Origin: an uncultured Methanosarcinales archaeon
GTDB taxonomy: Archaea > Nanobdellota > Nanobdellia > Woesearchaeales > ARS49
DNA length: 64,000 nt
NCBI GenBank assembly: GCA_964550175.1
Contig: CAZJXP010000001.1
Coordinates: forward strand, 322,774-386,773
Direction: 5' to 3'
Made by a program: the position numbers and the translations under genes. How positions within the stretch are numbered: position 1 is the stretch's first letter; each line of letters starts with the position of its first letter. Below the pieces are notes generated by a model. The model was given only the letters and a program-made list of their open reading frames with translations. It did no database searches and had not been told where the DNA came from. Below, one piece after another: positions 1 to 10,547 of this stretch.

Positions 1-1888
1 GCGCCAACATTGATGTCATCATCAGCGCTGTCGTAAGACAGGCTGAAGTTGAGGATGTTGTCCGTTCCCGCGCCGTTCTCGCCGTAGCCGTCCTCAGTCT
101 CTTCCGTCAAGGAAAAGATTCGGTCGTTGGTGAATCCAGTCAGGTTAGCGTTGCCCGCCATACCGGAAAGGATCAATCCGCCTTCGTCGTTCAAGCTCGT
201 TTCCGCAAGTTCTGATGTCGATTGCGAAATCGTGGTGAAGTCGAGGATCGCGGCCGTTGTGCCGGAACCCGTTCCACCTGAGCTGTTCGTCACAGTCAAG
301 ACGATTGAACCCGCGCCGGAGCCCAAGTCGATTGTTTGCGCGCCGAGCGGCAACAATGCGCTTGAGTTTGACGAGGTAAAGTCGTCTTCACTGGTGCTTC
401 CGTACGTGACGTCCTTCAGCGAGATCTTGCTGTCGGAGGTGTCGAAGTCCAAGATTTCGATCACGTGAGCTTCGCCGCCCGACGTGATGAGCAAGAACTG
501 AACACCTTCGCACTCGGTGATGGAGGTGACGAAGTCACAGTCCTGGCCTTCCAGCAAGAACCTGTCCTTCAAGTCGCTTCCAGTTCCGAGCACCATCAAG
601 TTGGAGTCGTTCAAGTGCCACTCGATCTTGACGTCCTTGCCATCGCTGTTCAAGAACTTCAAGGTCGCGGTGCTGCCCGAGGCTTCCAAGTCGATCGCTT
701 CCGTCTTTTCGGTGGACAAGCCATCGAAGTAGAACGTAAACGCGTCAAAGACCGGTTCGGTGAAGTGGTCTCCCTTTGCGAGGAAGATGTCGTCATCCGG
801 TTCGTACTGCATTTGTATCGCAGTGATGGAGTTGCCATCGCCCTGGATATCAACAGACGAGCCGTCGATTTCGACGCCGTTCAACTTGACTTCGTTTCCG
901 TCCTCGATTTCGAGTTCGGTCGCGCCCAAGTTGACTTCACAAACGTCGGTGTCCTTGCCTGCGCTGTGCACGACGATTGCGTCGGTCACACCGAGCTGGA
1001 TTCCGTTGACGGTCTTGGTCTGTCCGACATCAATCCATTGGATGGTGCCGTCGACGCTGATTCCACACTTGTCTTCGTCTTCGTTGACGTCAACGAGAAC
1101 GAACGTGTGCGAACCGCCCGAGATTTCACGGGTCAAGGGTTCGTCTTGTGACATCCATCGAGTCGTGTCGCCGGCCAACATCGTGATCTTGTCGATCGCG
1201 GTGTTCGTCGTACTGACAAACTTGGTTTCGGTGATGGTGTACTCCTTGCCCAAGATGCTGATCTTGGCCGTTTCGAAGTCTGCGTTGACGGTGGTCGCCG
1301 ACGTGTTGTCGTAGTCCACGTCATCGTTGAAATCGATGGTGTAGTTGTACATGTTTGCGTTGTCCGCGAAATACAAGTAGGCTCCGGCCATTTCAGCGTC
1401 GTCGTCATCTTGCGTGAAGATGAGCTGACCTGAGTTGCCGATAAACCTGACTTCCTGATCGTAGTCGACCTTGTTCTTGGTCGCGCCTTCGTCCTCGTCT
1501 AAGACGCCCTGAGCCAACAAGCTCGGCAAGTCGGTGTCATCAAGCGTCGTGTCTTGCACGAACTGGATGAATCGGTTGTAGCCGACGTGGGTTCCGGTCT
1601 TGTCAATCTTGACGCCCTTGTCAATGACTGAGACGCCGGTTGCGCCTGCGACTGCGGTCTTCTTGACCGCGGCTGCCTGCAGACCCGCTGCGAGTTCGAT
1701 CGAACCGACAACGTCAGATGTCTTTGCGAGCTCACCGACTACAATCGCTCCCTCGAAGACGCCGTCCTTGATGAACAGCGGCGACGGGTACTGCGACAAG
1801 TCTTGTGCAGCTGCGCCGAATATCGTTGCGCCAACCATGGCTAAGCCAGTGGTCAAGGCCACGATCTTCTTGGTATTTATTGCCTTCA
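1..1888 (-). CDS. Secreted surface (S-layer-like) protein, N-terminal >620 aa; gene continues past the window start
   Basis: Uninterrupted reverse-strand frame from ATG at 1886-1888 (MKAINTKKIVALTTGLAMVGATIFGAAAQ... signal peptide) to the window edge. T/D/G/S-rich, no catalytic motifs. Missed by the ORF track because it runs off the edge. Confidence 0.6.
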
Positions 1889-2378
1889 TTCAAACACCTC
1901 CGTGTTTTTGCTGTATTAGTGGTATTAAATCGCAGTCGGGTTTCCCCGTTAGGCGTATTTAATCCTCGTGTAAAGAACCCACACTTTCAAAAGTATGGAT
2001 TCCTCTCTAGTGTTCGTTGGGAAAGCTCTTCCAACTGAACTTAATGGTACTTTTTTGGATGGTTTATAAGATTTTCGCAAATGGAGATGAGTCAAAATGA
2101 CGGTTTTGGTTAATACGGGCTATAAACGTGTTTTACGCAAGGTATAATGAGCTGTCACTTTCGAATGGTATGGACCTGAAGTCTTGATTTCGGGTCACAA
2201 GGATAGTCAATTCTTCGTTACATTATATAGAGTCGTTTTGGTTAAGAACTTAACGAATCTAAACGGGGCGGTAAAAAAGTTAGGTAAGAACAGCTGACCA
2301 GCCCCCAGCAATAGCTTACCCCGGCCGTTATTGTCTCGTAAGGCTTAAAAGGAGCATAACCACAGCAAGACTATCCCT

Positions 2379-2461
2379 GCAGGGATACCGAAGTGGTCAA
2401 ACGGGCGCGGCTTAGGACCGCGTGGTCTAGGCCTTCGCAGGTTCGAATCCTGCTCCCTGCA
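2379..2461 (+). tRNA. tRNA-Leu (anticodon TAG), type II with long variable arm
   Basis: Acceptor stem GCAGGGA/TCCCTGC, anticodon loop CTTAGGA, T-arm GCAGGTTCGAATCCTGC, discriminator A. Confidence 0.8.
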
Positions 2462-2644
2462 CTTAATTTTGACATCTAGCTTCAGCTCTACTTCCACTAC
2501 GTCCAATATCACCAGCACTCAAACGCTGGGCAAAGAACGTGCTGGGACGGGCGATCTTTGTCGCAGAAAACGTGGCAAAAATGAAGGTGACATACAATTC
2601 TATCGACGGCAGAAAGTATTAGAACATATAGTTTCTAATATATA

Positions 2645-2884
2645 TTATATGCTGGCATAATCGTGATGGTCGTCCAACCACAAATGCGCGATTTCTTCAA
2701 GGCGGTGCACTTGCGCCTCAAGAGCGCGAAAGTATCTCATATGGTCAGAATTCAACGGATTGAACAATTCAGGATGCTCGGCAAGCTGTTTTGCCAAATC
2801 TCCCGCGGCAATCAGCTCCAGGACGCTTTGGCCGTTCAGCTGGTCAGCAGCGAGGTCGCCATAAAACGATTCGTGAGAAACCAT
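2645..2884 (-). CDS. Hypothetical small acidic protein (79 aa), possibly co-transcribed with L37e and LSm
   Basis: ORF on the same strand, immediately downstream of L37e. An antisense ORF (2663..2887 +) is an alternative, so the strand call is uncertain. Confidence 0.3.
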   Translation of the reverse strand: MVSHESFYGDLAADQLNGQSVLELIAAGDLAKQLAEHPELFNPLNSDHMRYFRALEAQVHRLEEIAHLWLDDHHDYASI

Positions 2885-2891
2885 TGAAGAA

Positions 2892-3092
2892 CTACTTCGT
2901 TTCCGCGCGCTTGTGCTTCGGATAGGTCTTGTTCAGCGTATTCCACTTGTAGCTTCGCTTCTTGGCCGTCTTGCCGAAGCCGCAGCTTGAACACGCCTTG
3001 TTTCGGGTGTGGTAGGAGTGCTTTCCGCAACGGCGGCACATGATGTGCGAGTGGCCCTTGCTTCTCTTTCCGTGCGAATACGTTCCTTTCAT
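2892..3092 (-). CDS. rpl37e: Ribosomal protein L37e
   Basis: 66 aa with a C4 zinc ribbon (CRRCG...CSSCG), highly basic; classic archaeal Sm-L37e gene pair. Confidence 0.85.
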   Translation of the reverse strand: MKGTYSHGKRSKGHSHIMCRRCGKHSYHTRNKACSSCGFGKTAKKRSYKWNTLNKTYPKHKRAETK

Positions 3093-3093
3093 G

Positions 3094-3354
3094 TTAGTTT
3101 GACGGGGAGATCAAGATGATGTTGTCGCCGCGGAGGAAAACCGTTCCGAGCTTGCGCTTCATAACACCGTTTTCCATTTCCTCAGCCTGGTCCAAGACCA
3201 CGTTGATGTGGATGTCGAACGCGTTCAAGATGCCGACATATTGCTTTCCGCCCTTGGCTTCAACAATGACCTTCTTCTTGCGCGCCTTGTTCAACGCGTC
3301 AAGCGGTCGGCTTTGAGATTCAAACGTTCTTCCTTCATCCATCATATTAATCAC
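3094..3354 (-). CDS. Sm-like (LSm) archaeal protein
   Basis: 86 aa with Sm1/Sm2 fold motifs (GxLxxFDxHMNVVL ... RGDNI), adjacent to L37e. Confidence 0.8.
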   Translation of the reverse strand: MINMMDEGRTFESQSRPLDALNKARKKKVIVEAKGGKQYVGILNAFDIHINVVLDQAEEMENGVMKRKLGTVFLRGDNIILISPSN

Positions 3355-3448
3355 CCAAAATGGTTAATGGACTGATTTCCTAAAGGGAGCTATTTAAATG
3401 TTTGTGTCGCAGGATAACTTATAATAGTGGCAGGTAAATGCAGTTACT

Positions 3449-3697
3449 ATGGCAACCGGAATGGAAGGCATCCTTATGGGCGTGGCGTGGCTTAACCTGT
3501 TCATCCTGGCGCTTGGCCTGATATTCTTCATTACCGCGATTTTAGGCGTCGTCTTCTGGATTGTGATGATTATTGATTGCGTCAAACGGACGTTCAAGAA
3601 TGACAACGAGAAAATAGCCTGGATCCTGATACTGGTATTCTTGCACGCGCTCGGGGCGGCAATCTATTACTTCGTGGTCAAGAGAAAGGCTAAGTAA
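3449..3697 (+). CDS. Small 2-TM membrane protein (PLD-nuclease N-terminal-like family)
   Basis: 82 aa, two hydrophobic helices, W..IL..FLH..GAAIYYFVVKRK C-terminus. Confidence 0.5.
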   Translation: MATGMEGILMGVAWLNLFILALGLIFFITAILGVVFWIVMIIDCVKRTFKNDNEKIAWILILVFLHALGAAIYYFVVKRKAK

Positions 3698-5330
3698 AGT
3701 TCGTCCGGATGTGCTTCATCGCGTAATCGGCGTCGCCGCGGACCTTTTTTCGCGGGTTGAAGATGCCTTTCTTGTCAAAAATGTCCTTCGTCTGGTTGAA
3801 CAACTGCACGACCTTTTTACCATACATCTGCTCCAAAAACGTCGTTCGCACCAAGCCATCATTATGTTCGGCGGTTGTCGAGCCTTTGAACGCGAGCACC
3901 AAATCGTAGACCTTCTTGCTCACGATCGGGATGAGCTTCCGCTGAGCGGGCTTTTCGAGGTTCATCAAAGGAATGATGTGGAAGTTGCCGTCCCCCGGGT
4001 GGCCGGCAATAGTGTAAAGCAAATCGTACTGGTCAAGGATTTCCTTCAGCTTTGGCAGGAATTCGGGCAAAAACTCGGGCCGGACGATGAAGTCGTCGAT
4101 GAACGGAGCGGTGTGCTTATCCTTGATCTTGTGGCGCAACAGGTTGAAGCTCTCTCTCCTGATGACCCAGAACTCGCGCTCCTCGTCTTCTGAGGCCGTG
4201 ATTCTTGTTCGGACATTGAACGGCTTGATGGCCTGGAGGGTTTCGAACATTCTTGCTTCGATTTCTGCATCGGAGTTGCCGCAGAACTCCGCCATCAAAA
4301 CGAGCTTCGGCATGCCGCCCGTGAGCAGAATCCAGCCTTCCGGAAGCAAATGCCACATCATCGCAAGGATGTGCTTCGGCTTCAGGATTCGGACAAGGTC
4401 GGGGAAGAACTTCATTCCGAGACGCAACGTGTTGTCATCGTAGGACTCGAAGCTGTCCGGCCCGTGCTTCATCACTTCAACGACTAAACTTCCGAGCAGG
4501 TGCATCTCGCGCTCCTTCAGGAAAATGACTAGCATCTTCGATTTTGATTTCACCGGGACCAATCCGAACGTGATTTCGGTCAGCAGGCCAAGAGTTCCTT
4601 GCGAGCCGACGATGAGTTTCGGCAGGTCGAACGTCTGGCCGTCCCAGACATTCCAAAGATAGTAGCCGGCCGAGTTCTTGGATACATTCGGCTTGGCCTG
4701 TTGCAGCAATGCTTGGTTGGTGCTTATGAGCTTGAAGAGTTTGCGGTAAAGGTCGCCTTCGAACCCTTTTTCCTTCAGTTTTTTTTCCAATGCGGACCCT
4801 GAGAGCGGACGAATGGTGTGCTCGTTCCCGTCGCTGAGCACCATCTTGACTTCCTTGACGTAGCGCTCGGTCTTGCCGTACTTCGGGGTCTTTTCGCCGC
4901 CGGAGTTGTTCGAAACCATCCCGCCTACAGTGCACAGCTCTCTTGACGCGGGGTAGGACGGGAGGATGAGCCCTTTCTTTCTCGTTTCCTTATCAAAGTC
5001 GCGGTAGAAGACGCCCGGCTCGGTGATTGCAAAGTCCTTGCCGATCTGCTTGATGTGATTGAAGTTCCGGTAATGAACGACGACGGACTCCGTCAACGGG
5101 CCGCCGGTCATGTCGGTTCCTCCGCTACGTGCGGTCAAAGAAACGTTGTGCTTTGAGGCGAGCGCAACGAGAACCTTGATGTCCGCGACGTCCTTCGGGA
5201 AGACGACGACCTTGGGTTTGAGCTCGAAGATGCTCGCGTCGTGGCTGCACTCGGTCAGAATAGTAGGATCAACAGAAATCTCGCCCTTGAAACGAGACTT
5301 CAATTCAGCGATAAAACGGTCAATCATCAA
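3690..5330 (-). CDS. FAD-linked oxidase (D-lactate dehydrogenase / alkyl-DHAP synthase-like, FAD-binding PCMH type)
   Basis: 546 aa with an N-terminal FAD-binding domain (GGTDMTGG, GTLGLLTEITFGLVP) and a C-terminal FAD-oxidase_C-like region. Confidence 0.75.
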   Translation of the reverse strand: MMIDRFIAELKSRFKGEISVDPTILTECSHDASIFELKPKVVVFPKDVADIKVLVALASKHNVSLTARSGGTDMTGGPLTESVVVHYRNFNHIKQIGKDFAITEPGVFYRDFDKETRKKGLILPSYPASRELCTVGGMVSNNSGGEKTPKYGKTERYVKEVKMVLSDGNEHTIRPLSGSALEKKLKEKGFEGDLYRKLFKLISTNQALLQQAKPNVSKNSAGYYLWNVWDGQTFDLPKLIVGSQGTLGLLTEITFGLVPVKSKSKMLVIFLKEREMHLLGSLVVEVMKHGPDSFESYDDNTLRLGMKFFPDLVRILKPKHILAMMWHLLPEGWILLTGGMPKLVLMAEFCGNSDAEIEARMFETLQAIKPFNVRTRITASEDEEREFWVIRRESFNLLRHKIKDKHTAPFIDDFIVRPEFLPEFLPKLKEILDQYDLLYTIAGHPGDGNFHIIPLMNLEKPAQRKLIPIVSKKVYDLVLAFKGSTTAEHNDGLVRTTFLEQMYGKKVVQLFNQTKDIFDKKGIFNPRKKVRGDADYAMKHIRTNFT

Positions 5331-5421
5331 TCCTCCTTTTTGATTCTCACTTGATTAGGAGTTTAAATAGGTTCCGAGAGGGAAGTTTGGGGTTGCCTTT
5401 CGCGTTGCTCTCCTGCACACA

Positions 5422-5522
5422 CTTTTTACCGGCACGATTTGTTTCGTTCGCTCGATCAAGAATACGAAAATGCCTTAACGCGACTTCAAATCGGGGCGGT
5501 AAAGAGTTCGGGCGGTAAAAAG
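5422..5522. repeat. Intergenic palindromic element copy (CTTTTTACCGG... / ...GGCGGTAAAAAG)
   Basis: Left TIR CTTTTTACCGGCACGATTTG, right end TCGGGGCGGTAAAGAGTTCGGGCGGTAAAAAG. Confidence 0.7.
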
Positions 5523-5527
5523 GTAAC

Positions 5528-6277
5528 TTACTGAGAAATACTGATTCCCGCATCGCGCACGGACTTAATCGCGGGCTCGCGCATCGCTAACGGCAGGCTG
5601 GCGAGCAAACAAGCAATTCCGTCGCCGAGCATCTCCTTCGCGTGAGTTGCCAAGAAATTTGGAACTTCCGACTGCTTAAGGAACGTGCACTGCTTGAACA
5701 CATCAGGCGTCATGAGCTTGCCGAACTGCTCCTTAGTCATGTTGATCTTCACGACGAAGTCGAACATGCAGCTGTGGTCGTGCGCGGTCTCCGTGTGGAC
5801 GGCGGTTAATCGAATTTCGATGTTGTCCTTGAAATTGAAGTCGCGCACGAGCTTGTCGCGGACCGAGCGTTCGAGCGCGAGAACTCCGTTGTCGACGTGG
5901 ACGAACCCGGAGAACGAGGCGTCGAGCATGCCCGCGTGAGTTGCTTGTTCGGGCCGTTTTCGGATGATGGTGACGTCGTCCTTCAACAGAATTACGCCGC
6001 CGATGGCCGAGATTTTCATCCCTTCCGGCATCGCGGCATAGGTCTTGAACTCGGTCGGCTGGAACTTGAACGCGGTCTTGTCGTATTCGATGAACGTTCC
6101 TAATCCGTTCGGCTTCGAGAACATCTTCGGATTCTTGTCGACTTTTATTTTCCATTCCTTGTCGATGTGGTCGCGCTGCGCCTTCGTCAAAGTCGAGGCG
6201 TAATCCTTGCCTTCGACGACGGTCTTTACTGAGAGCAATGAAACGGACGACTTCGGCAGATAGATGAACGTTATCAT
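5528..6277 (-). CDS. Hypothetical protein (249 aa)
   Basis: Long ORF with good coding character; no motif I can name. Confidence 0.5.
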   Translation of the reverse strand: MITFIYLPKSSVSLLSVKTVVEGKDYASTLTKAQRDHIDKEWKIKVDKNPKMFSKPNGLGTFIEYDKTAFKFQPTEFKTYAAMPEGMKISAIGGVILLKDDVTIIRKRPEQATHAGMLDASFSGFVHVDNGVLALERSVRDKLVRDFNFKDNIEIRLTAVHTETAHDHSCMFDFVVKINMTKEQFGKLMTPDVFKQCTFLKQSEVPNFLATHAKEMLGDGIACLLASLPLAMREPAIKSVRDAGISISQ

Positions 6278-6278
6278 G

Positions 6279-7964
6279 TCACAGCCCCAAGCTTTCGATC
6301 AACAGATTCGCGTCGAACTTCTTCAGGTCGTCGTAGTTCTGGCCCGTGCCGAGATACAAAATTGGTTTTTTCGTGACGTAACTGACGCTGATTGCCGCGC
6401 CGCCCTTTTCGTCGATGTCCGCCTTGCTGAGGATGATGCCGTTGATGCCGACGGCTTCGTCGAACTGCTGCGCTTGTTGAACGCAGTCGTTGCCCGTGAT
6501 GGATTCGCCGATGAACAGAATCAAGTCAGGCTTCGCGACGCGGACAATCTTCTTCATCTCGTCGATGAGGTTGATGTTGGAGTGCAATCGTCCGGCCGTG
6601 TCGATGAGGACGACGTCCTTGTTCGCGGCTTCGGCGTGCTTGATGGCGTCGAACGCGACGGCGGCCGGGTCGGAACCGTAATCGTGCTTGATTAATTTGA
6701 GATTGAGCTTGTCGGCGTGCGTTTGCAATTGGTCGATTGCGGCCGCTCGGAACGTGTCGGCCGCGGCCATGACGACGCCGAGCTTCTCGTTCTGCAGCAT
6801 ATGCGCGAATTTGGCGATGGTTGTCGTCTTTCCGGAGCCGTTGATGCCGACAAAGCAGATGACGTACGGCTTCTTAGCTTTGATGTTCGCGAACAAATCA
6901 ATCTGCTCGACGTCGAACAATGAGCTTAATGACTGTTTCAATGTTGAAAGGATCGTTGATTCAATGCTGCCGCGCGGGATGGGCTGGTCGACGAGAACGG
7001 TTTTCAAGTCGACCTTTATCTTTTCGATGACTTCCACCGCGACGTTGTTTTCAAGCAGCGCGACCTCGACGTCCCAGAACAAATCCTCGAACTGCTGCTC
7101 GGAGATTTTCTTTGTCGTGACGGCCTGCTTCAGTTTCGCGAAGAATCCTTTCTTTTCTTCCGGCTTTTCGATAGGTTTGACCGGGATCGGTCGCGAGCGC
7201 TCGACAGGAATGTAGCGTTTCTCAGGCTTTGCCGGCTGCGCTTTGCTCTCCCCGGCAGATTTTGTCGCGTCAGGAGTATCATATTTCGGCTCTTGCTCGA
7301 CGACCTGAACATCCTTGATTCGCTCCAAAACTTTTTTCGGCTCGTAGTCCTCGGGCTCGCCTTTCTTTTCTTTTTCCTTCTTAGGCTCGGCGGGCTCGAT
7401 CGGCTCGAACAACTGCTCGATCTGCGGGCGCTCGTCCTCGATGTGGTCGTGGATCTTGATTTTTCGTAACGGTGAGCCTTCGACTTCGATTTCCGATTCT
7501 TCGATGACGACGTCCTCGACTTGCTCGGGCTCGGGAATCGGCTCCTTCTTTTCTTCCGCGACCTCTTCCGGCTTGACGAACTTTTCCTTCAACCGCTTGA
7601 AGAAACCTTTTTTCTCTGGTTGGATCGTGATGGATGGCGGAGAATTTTCTGACGGCTCACTGCTAATATCAGGCGGGGTTTCAACGGCAGGGGACTCCGA
7701 GTCACTCTTTACCGGCACGCTTTGTTCCGTCGTTTCAGCAGTTTCGTCAGTCGAGTCTTCAACCTCTGATGAACTTCCGATCGGGGCGGCAAAAAGTTCT
7801 GATGGGGTTTCAACGGCAGGGGATTCGGCGGGCTCTTCTTCCGGCTCAGAAATCTCGAGCGGCTCTTCCGAGGATTCTACCACTTCCTCCTTCGCGGTCT
7901 CTTCCGCCTTCTTAGAAAACGAGGATAATGCGCCCTTCAGTTTGTCCTTCAAGAATTTGAACAT
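6279..7964 (-). CDS. ftsY: Signal recognition particle receptor FtsY with a long acidic low-complexity N-terminal extension
   Basis: C-terminal NG domain with GINGSGKTTT, DTAGR and SKADIDEKGG motifs; N-terminal ~260 aa is E/P/S-rich. Confidence 0.9.
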   Translation of the reverse strand: MFKFLKDKLKGALSSFSKKAEETAKEEVVESSEEPLEISEPEEEPAESPAVETPSELFAAPIGSSSEVEDSTDETAETTEQSVPVKSDSESPAVETPPDISSEPSENSPPSITIQPEKKGFFKRLKEKFVKPEEVAEEKKEPIPEPEQVEDVVIEESEIEVEGSPLRKIKIHDHIEDERPQIEQLFEPIEPAEPKKEKEKKGEPEDYEPKKVLERIKDVQVVEQEPKYDTPDATKSAGESKAQPAKPEKRYIPVERSRPIPVKPIEKPEEKKGFFAKLKQAVTTKKISEQQFEDLFWDVEVALLENNVAVEVIEKIKVDLKTVLVDQPIPRGSIESTILSTLKQSLSSLFDVEQIDLFANIKAKKPYVICFVGINGSGKTTTIAKFAHMLQNEKLGVVMAAADTFRAAAIDQLQTHADKLNLKLIKHDYGSDPAAVAFDAIKHAEAANKDVVLIDTAGRLHSNINLIDEMKKIVRVAKPDLILFIGESITGNDCVQQAQQFDEAVGINGIILSKADIDEKGGAAISVSYVTKKPILYLGTGQNYDDLKKFDANLLIESLGL

Positions 7965-7965
7965 C

Positions 7966-8385
7966 TTACTTCACGAGCGCGTGGAGCTCTTTCTCGGTGG
8001 TTTGCGCGATGTCGGTCAATTCCTTCAGTTGAACTGCTAGTTGTTGCTGCACCTTTCGCAGCTCTTCGGATTGGGTGACTAATAATCGTTTCACGTCGGG
8101 AATTCCCTTCGCGACGTTCACGTGGCTGCCGACGTTGACCAACAATTCCTTCGTGCTTTGAATATGGGCTTTGACAAATATGCCGTTCGCGACGGGAACA
8201 AGGATTTCGGTGCCATCCTTGACGGTGCTTAATTCGTCAAGGCTTTGATTCGTGTCGTCGACGCCCTCGACCTGGGCTTCCAGCTGCTGCAACTGCTCCT
8301 GCATCTGCTGCATCTTCTGGCCGAGCATCTGCAGCTCCATGTACTTCTTGGTGGCTGCCTGTTCCAACTGTTCGGTTTCGCTCAT
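7966..8385 (-). CDS. pfdA: Prefoldin alpha subunit
   Basis: Coiled-coil / beta-hairpin / coiled-coil architecture, immediately upstream of ftsY as in many archaea. Start chosen at the internal Met (MSETEQLEQ); the track's ORF extends further upstream. Confidence 0.7.
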   Translation of the reverse strand: MSETEQLEQAATKKYMELQMLGQKMQQMQEQLQQLEAQVEGVDDTNQSLDELSTVKDGTEILVPVANGIFVKAHIQSTKELLVNVGSHVNVAKGIPDVKRLLVTQSEELRKVQQQLAVQLKELTDIAQTTEKELHALVK

Positions 8386-8774
8386 GAGAGTTTCTTCAGC
8401 AAATTCTTGACAAACGCTTCGTATTTCTTCTGCGTCAATAGGAATGAAAGGTCGCTGTCGGGCTCGCGCAAGTCCCGTTCGCTGGCGAGGTGCTTCCATT
8501 CGCGCGTCACGACTAATTTCAAATATTGCTTCTCGTCCTTGGTTAATGCCATAGAGGATTATTCAAAGAATGCTATATAAACGTATCGTGAGATGATAGT
8601 TAGTTGGCGAGTTTCTTTTTACAAACAGGACGAAGTCCTGTTGTACACGAGGACTCTGTCCTCGTTGTACCGGCACATTTTGACGCGTTTCGGCCATAAT
8701 TGAATTTCTAATTGAGCCAACGAAACAAAACTGCAAGGGTGCAACGTGCGGGAAAAAGCAAACGCTCAGAATAC

Positions 8775-9539
8775 TTATTTCACTTCGGCTTTGACTTCAG
8801 GTTTGTCCGACTTCAACCTGATTGAGAAATCATCAAAAGCCTGCTGCTGCTCCAAATCAAGCTTTCTCGACGTGCCCAAGTGCAGCAGTGGAACGAACGT
8901 GTACATCTTGGCGTCGCGCGACGGGTTTTCGGGCAGCAGCTGCGAGAACTTGACGTTCGACTTCCGGTTGAGGATGAACCATTCACGGATGGACTTGTAG
9001 ACCTGCTTGATTGCGAGCGTGATATCGAGCTTTTTTAGTGGAACAATCAACCGTCCCTCGGGACTGTCCAATCTGATTAATCGTCGATGCTTGACTTCCA
9101 ACGCCTTCTCCAGCGCGCGAACGAGGTCGAACACGGACACCTTTCGCTTTCTCGGCTGCGGAGATCTTGGAATCAGTTTGAGCATTTCTTCCGGCGCGAG
9201 GATTCTCGCCTTGTGGAGCTCCCCTTCTAATTCGGTGTAAAACTGGTCCTCAGTCATGTCCGCTGATGCTAGGAGTCGGTCGAACTCGTTCAAGTCCTCG
9301 CCGATCAAACGCTTTGATTTCATTTTCAAAAGCATGGCGGCAGCGAGAAGAATCTTTCCGGAAACCTGAAGATCATGCTGCTCCTTCAACTCATGGATTT
9401 TCGCGATGTACTTCTGTGTGAGCACGCTCAAGTCGACGTCCCAGGGGTCCATCTGCTCGGATTTGATCAAGTCCTGGATGAGCTGCTTCCACGTGAGCTC
9501 GTTCTGCTCAACGACAATCTGAAATATCTTCTCGTGCAT
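8775..9539 (-). CDS. scpA: Segregation and condensation protein A (kleisin ScpA)
   Basis: ScpA-like N-terminal region and winged-helix C-terminus; start taken at MHEKIFQIV. Confidence 0.6.
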   Translation of the reverse strand: MHEKIFQIVVEQNELTWKQLIQDLIKSEQMDPWDVDLSVLTQKYIAKIHELKEQHDLQVSGKILLAAAMLLKMKSKRLIGEDLNEFDRLLASADMTEDQFYTELEGELHKARILAPEEMLKLIPRSPQPRKRKVSVFDLVRALEKALEVKHRRLIRLDSPEGRLIVPLKKLDITLAIKQVYKSIREWFILNRKSNVKFSQLLPENPSRDAKMYTFVPLLHLGTSRKLDLEQQQAFDDFSIRLKSDKPEVKAEVK

Positions 9540-9620
9540 GAAGGTGCAATCATTTCCGAGATATATAAAACCGACGCACTCGGAAAGGCTTATAAAAGCG
9601 GAAAAATACAATTTCTCAGC

Positions 9621-9692
9621 GGGCGCGTAGTTTAGTGGCTATAACGCGGCTTTTACACAGCTGAGGTCGCAGGTTCGAATCCTGCCGCGCCC
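9621..9692 (+). tRNA. tRNA-Val (anticodon TAC)
   Basis: Acceptor GGGCGCG/CGCGCCC, anticodon loop TTTACAC, T-arm GCAGGTTCGAATCCTGC. Confidence 0.8.
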
Positions 9693-9694
9693 AT

Positions 9695-10105
9695 ATGAAC
9701 GCCACGGAGCAGGCCAAAGACATCCTCGCCAGCCAGCGGGCTTGCGTGCTCGCTACTTCTTCGCTTGACGGCAAGCCCGAAGCCGCGACGATTTACTTCG
9801 CCGAAGAAGGATTCAACCTATACTTCGAGACGTTCGCGACCTACCGAAAGTACGCGAATTTAACCGCAAATCCCCGCGCGAGCGTCGTGGTGAACAACCC
9901 TCCGTTGACGCTGCAGATGGACGGCACCGTGCACCAATTATCCGGGGCGGACACCGAGCACGCCAAAAAGAGACTGATGGAGAAGCGACGGAAGACCAAG
10001 AAGTATGACGAAAAATTCATCTTCTTCAAATTCATGCCGACGCGTGTGCATGTCATGACCAAGGCCGAATGGCCGCCGACGTTCGAGACGATACTTGGGA
10101 AATAG
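9695..10105 (+). CDS. Pyridoxamine 5'-phosphate oxidase-like FMN-binding split-barrel protein
   Basis: 136 aa with a PNPOx-like N-terminal pattern (ACVLATSSLDGKPEAATIYFA). Confidence 0.6.
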   Translation: MNATEQAKDILASQRACVLATSSLDGKPEAATIYFAEEGFNLYFETFATYRKYANLTANPRASVVVNNPPLTLQMDGTVHQLSGADTEHAKKRLMEKRRKTKKYDEKFIFFKFMPTRVHVMTKAEWPPTFETILGK

Positions 10106-10336
10106 TTTTGCGTTTTCTCATCATCGCTACCCCTGGCCGTTATTGATTTAGTGGCTCTCTTTTTATTAGACTTATTGCCTAAACTCTACAAAATGGGGCG
10201 GTAAAAAGTTTTGTAAAGCACAAAGATAACGCAGAAAAATAAAGTGGACCCGGACAGACATACACCGAACGAGTTCGGTGAGCCTGTACGGGTCCGTTGG
10301 TTACGTGTCCGAACTTGCATCCGAACATCGTTTCTA

Positions 10337-10467
10337 TGGACCCGGACAGATTTGAACTGTCGACCGGTGGTGTGCCTAGGTTAGCCTACCTGTGCAGACG
10401 TGAGTCTGCGTTGTGATGAGCAGCGCCATATAAGACCACTGCTCTAGCCGGACTGAGCTACGGGTCC
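10337..10467 (-). tRNA. tRNA-Ile-like (anticodon TAT) with a 56-nt intron at canonical position 37/38
   Basis: Reverse complement gives acceptor GGACCCG/CGGGTCC, D-arm GCTCAGTCCGGCTAGAGC, anticodon stem GTGGT...ACCAC interrupted by an insert after CTTATA, T-arm GACAGTTCAAATCTGTC. Confidence 0.7.
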
Positions 10468-10547
10468 GGGCTAGATTCGGTTGTTGCTCTTTTAAAGGTT
10501 TGTGATGCAATTCGTTAGTTCCAATTCCTGCGCCGCTGGTTCGTCCT

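Noticed and set aside
2663-2887. 74-aa basic ORF on the plus strand antisense to the 79-aa ORF downstream of L37e
   Set aside because: The two are mutually exclusive. The minus-strand ORF is co-oriented with the L37e/LSm operon and is more protein-like, but the call is genuinely uncertain.
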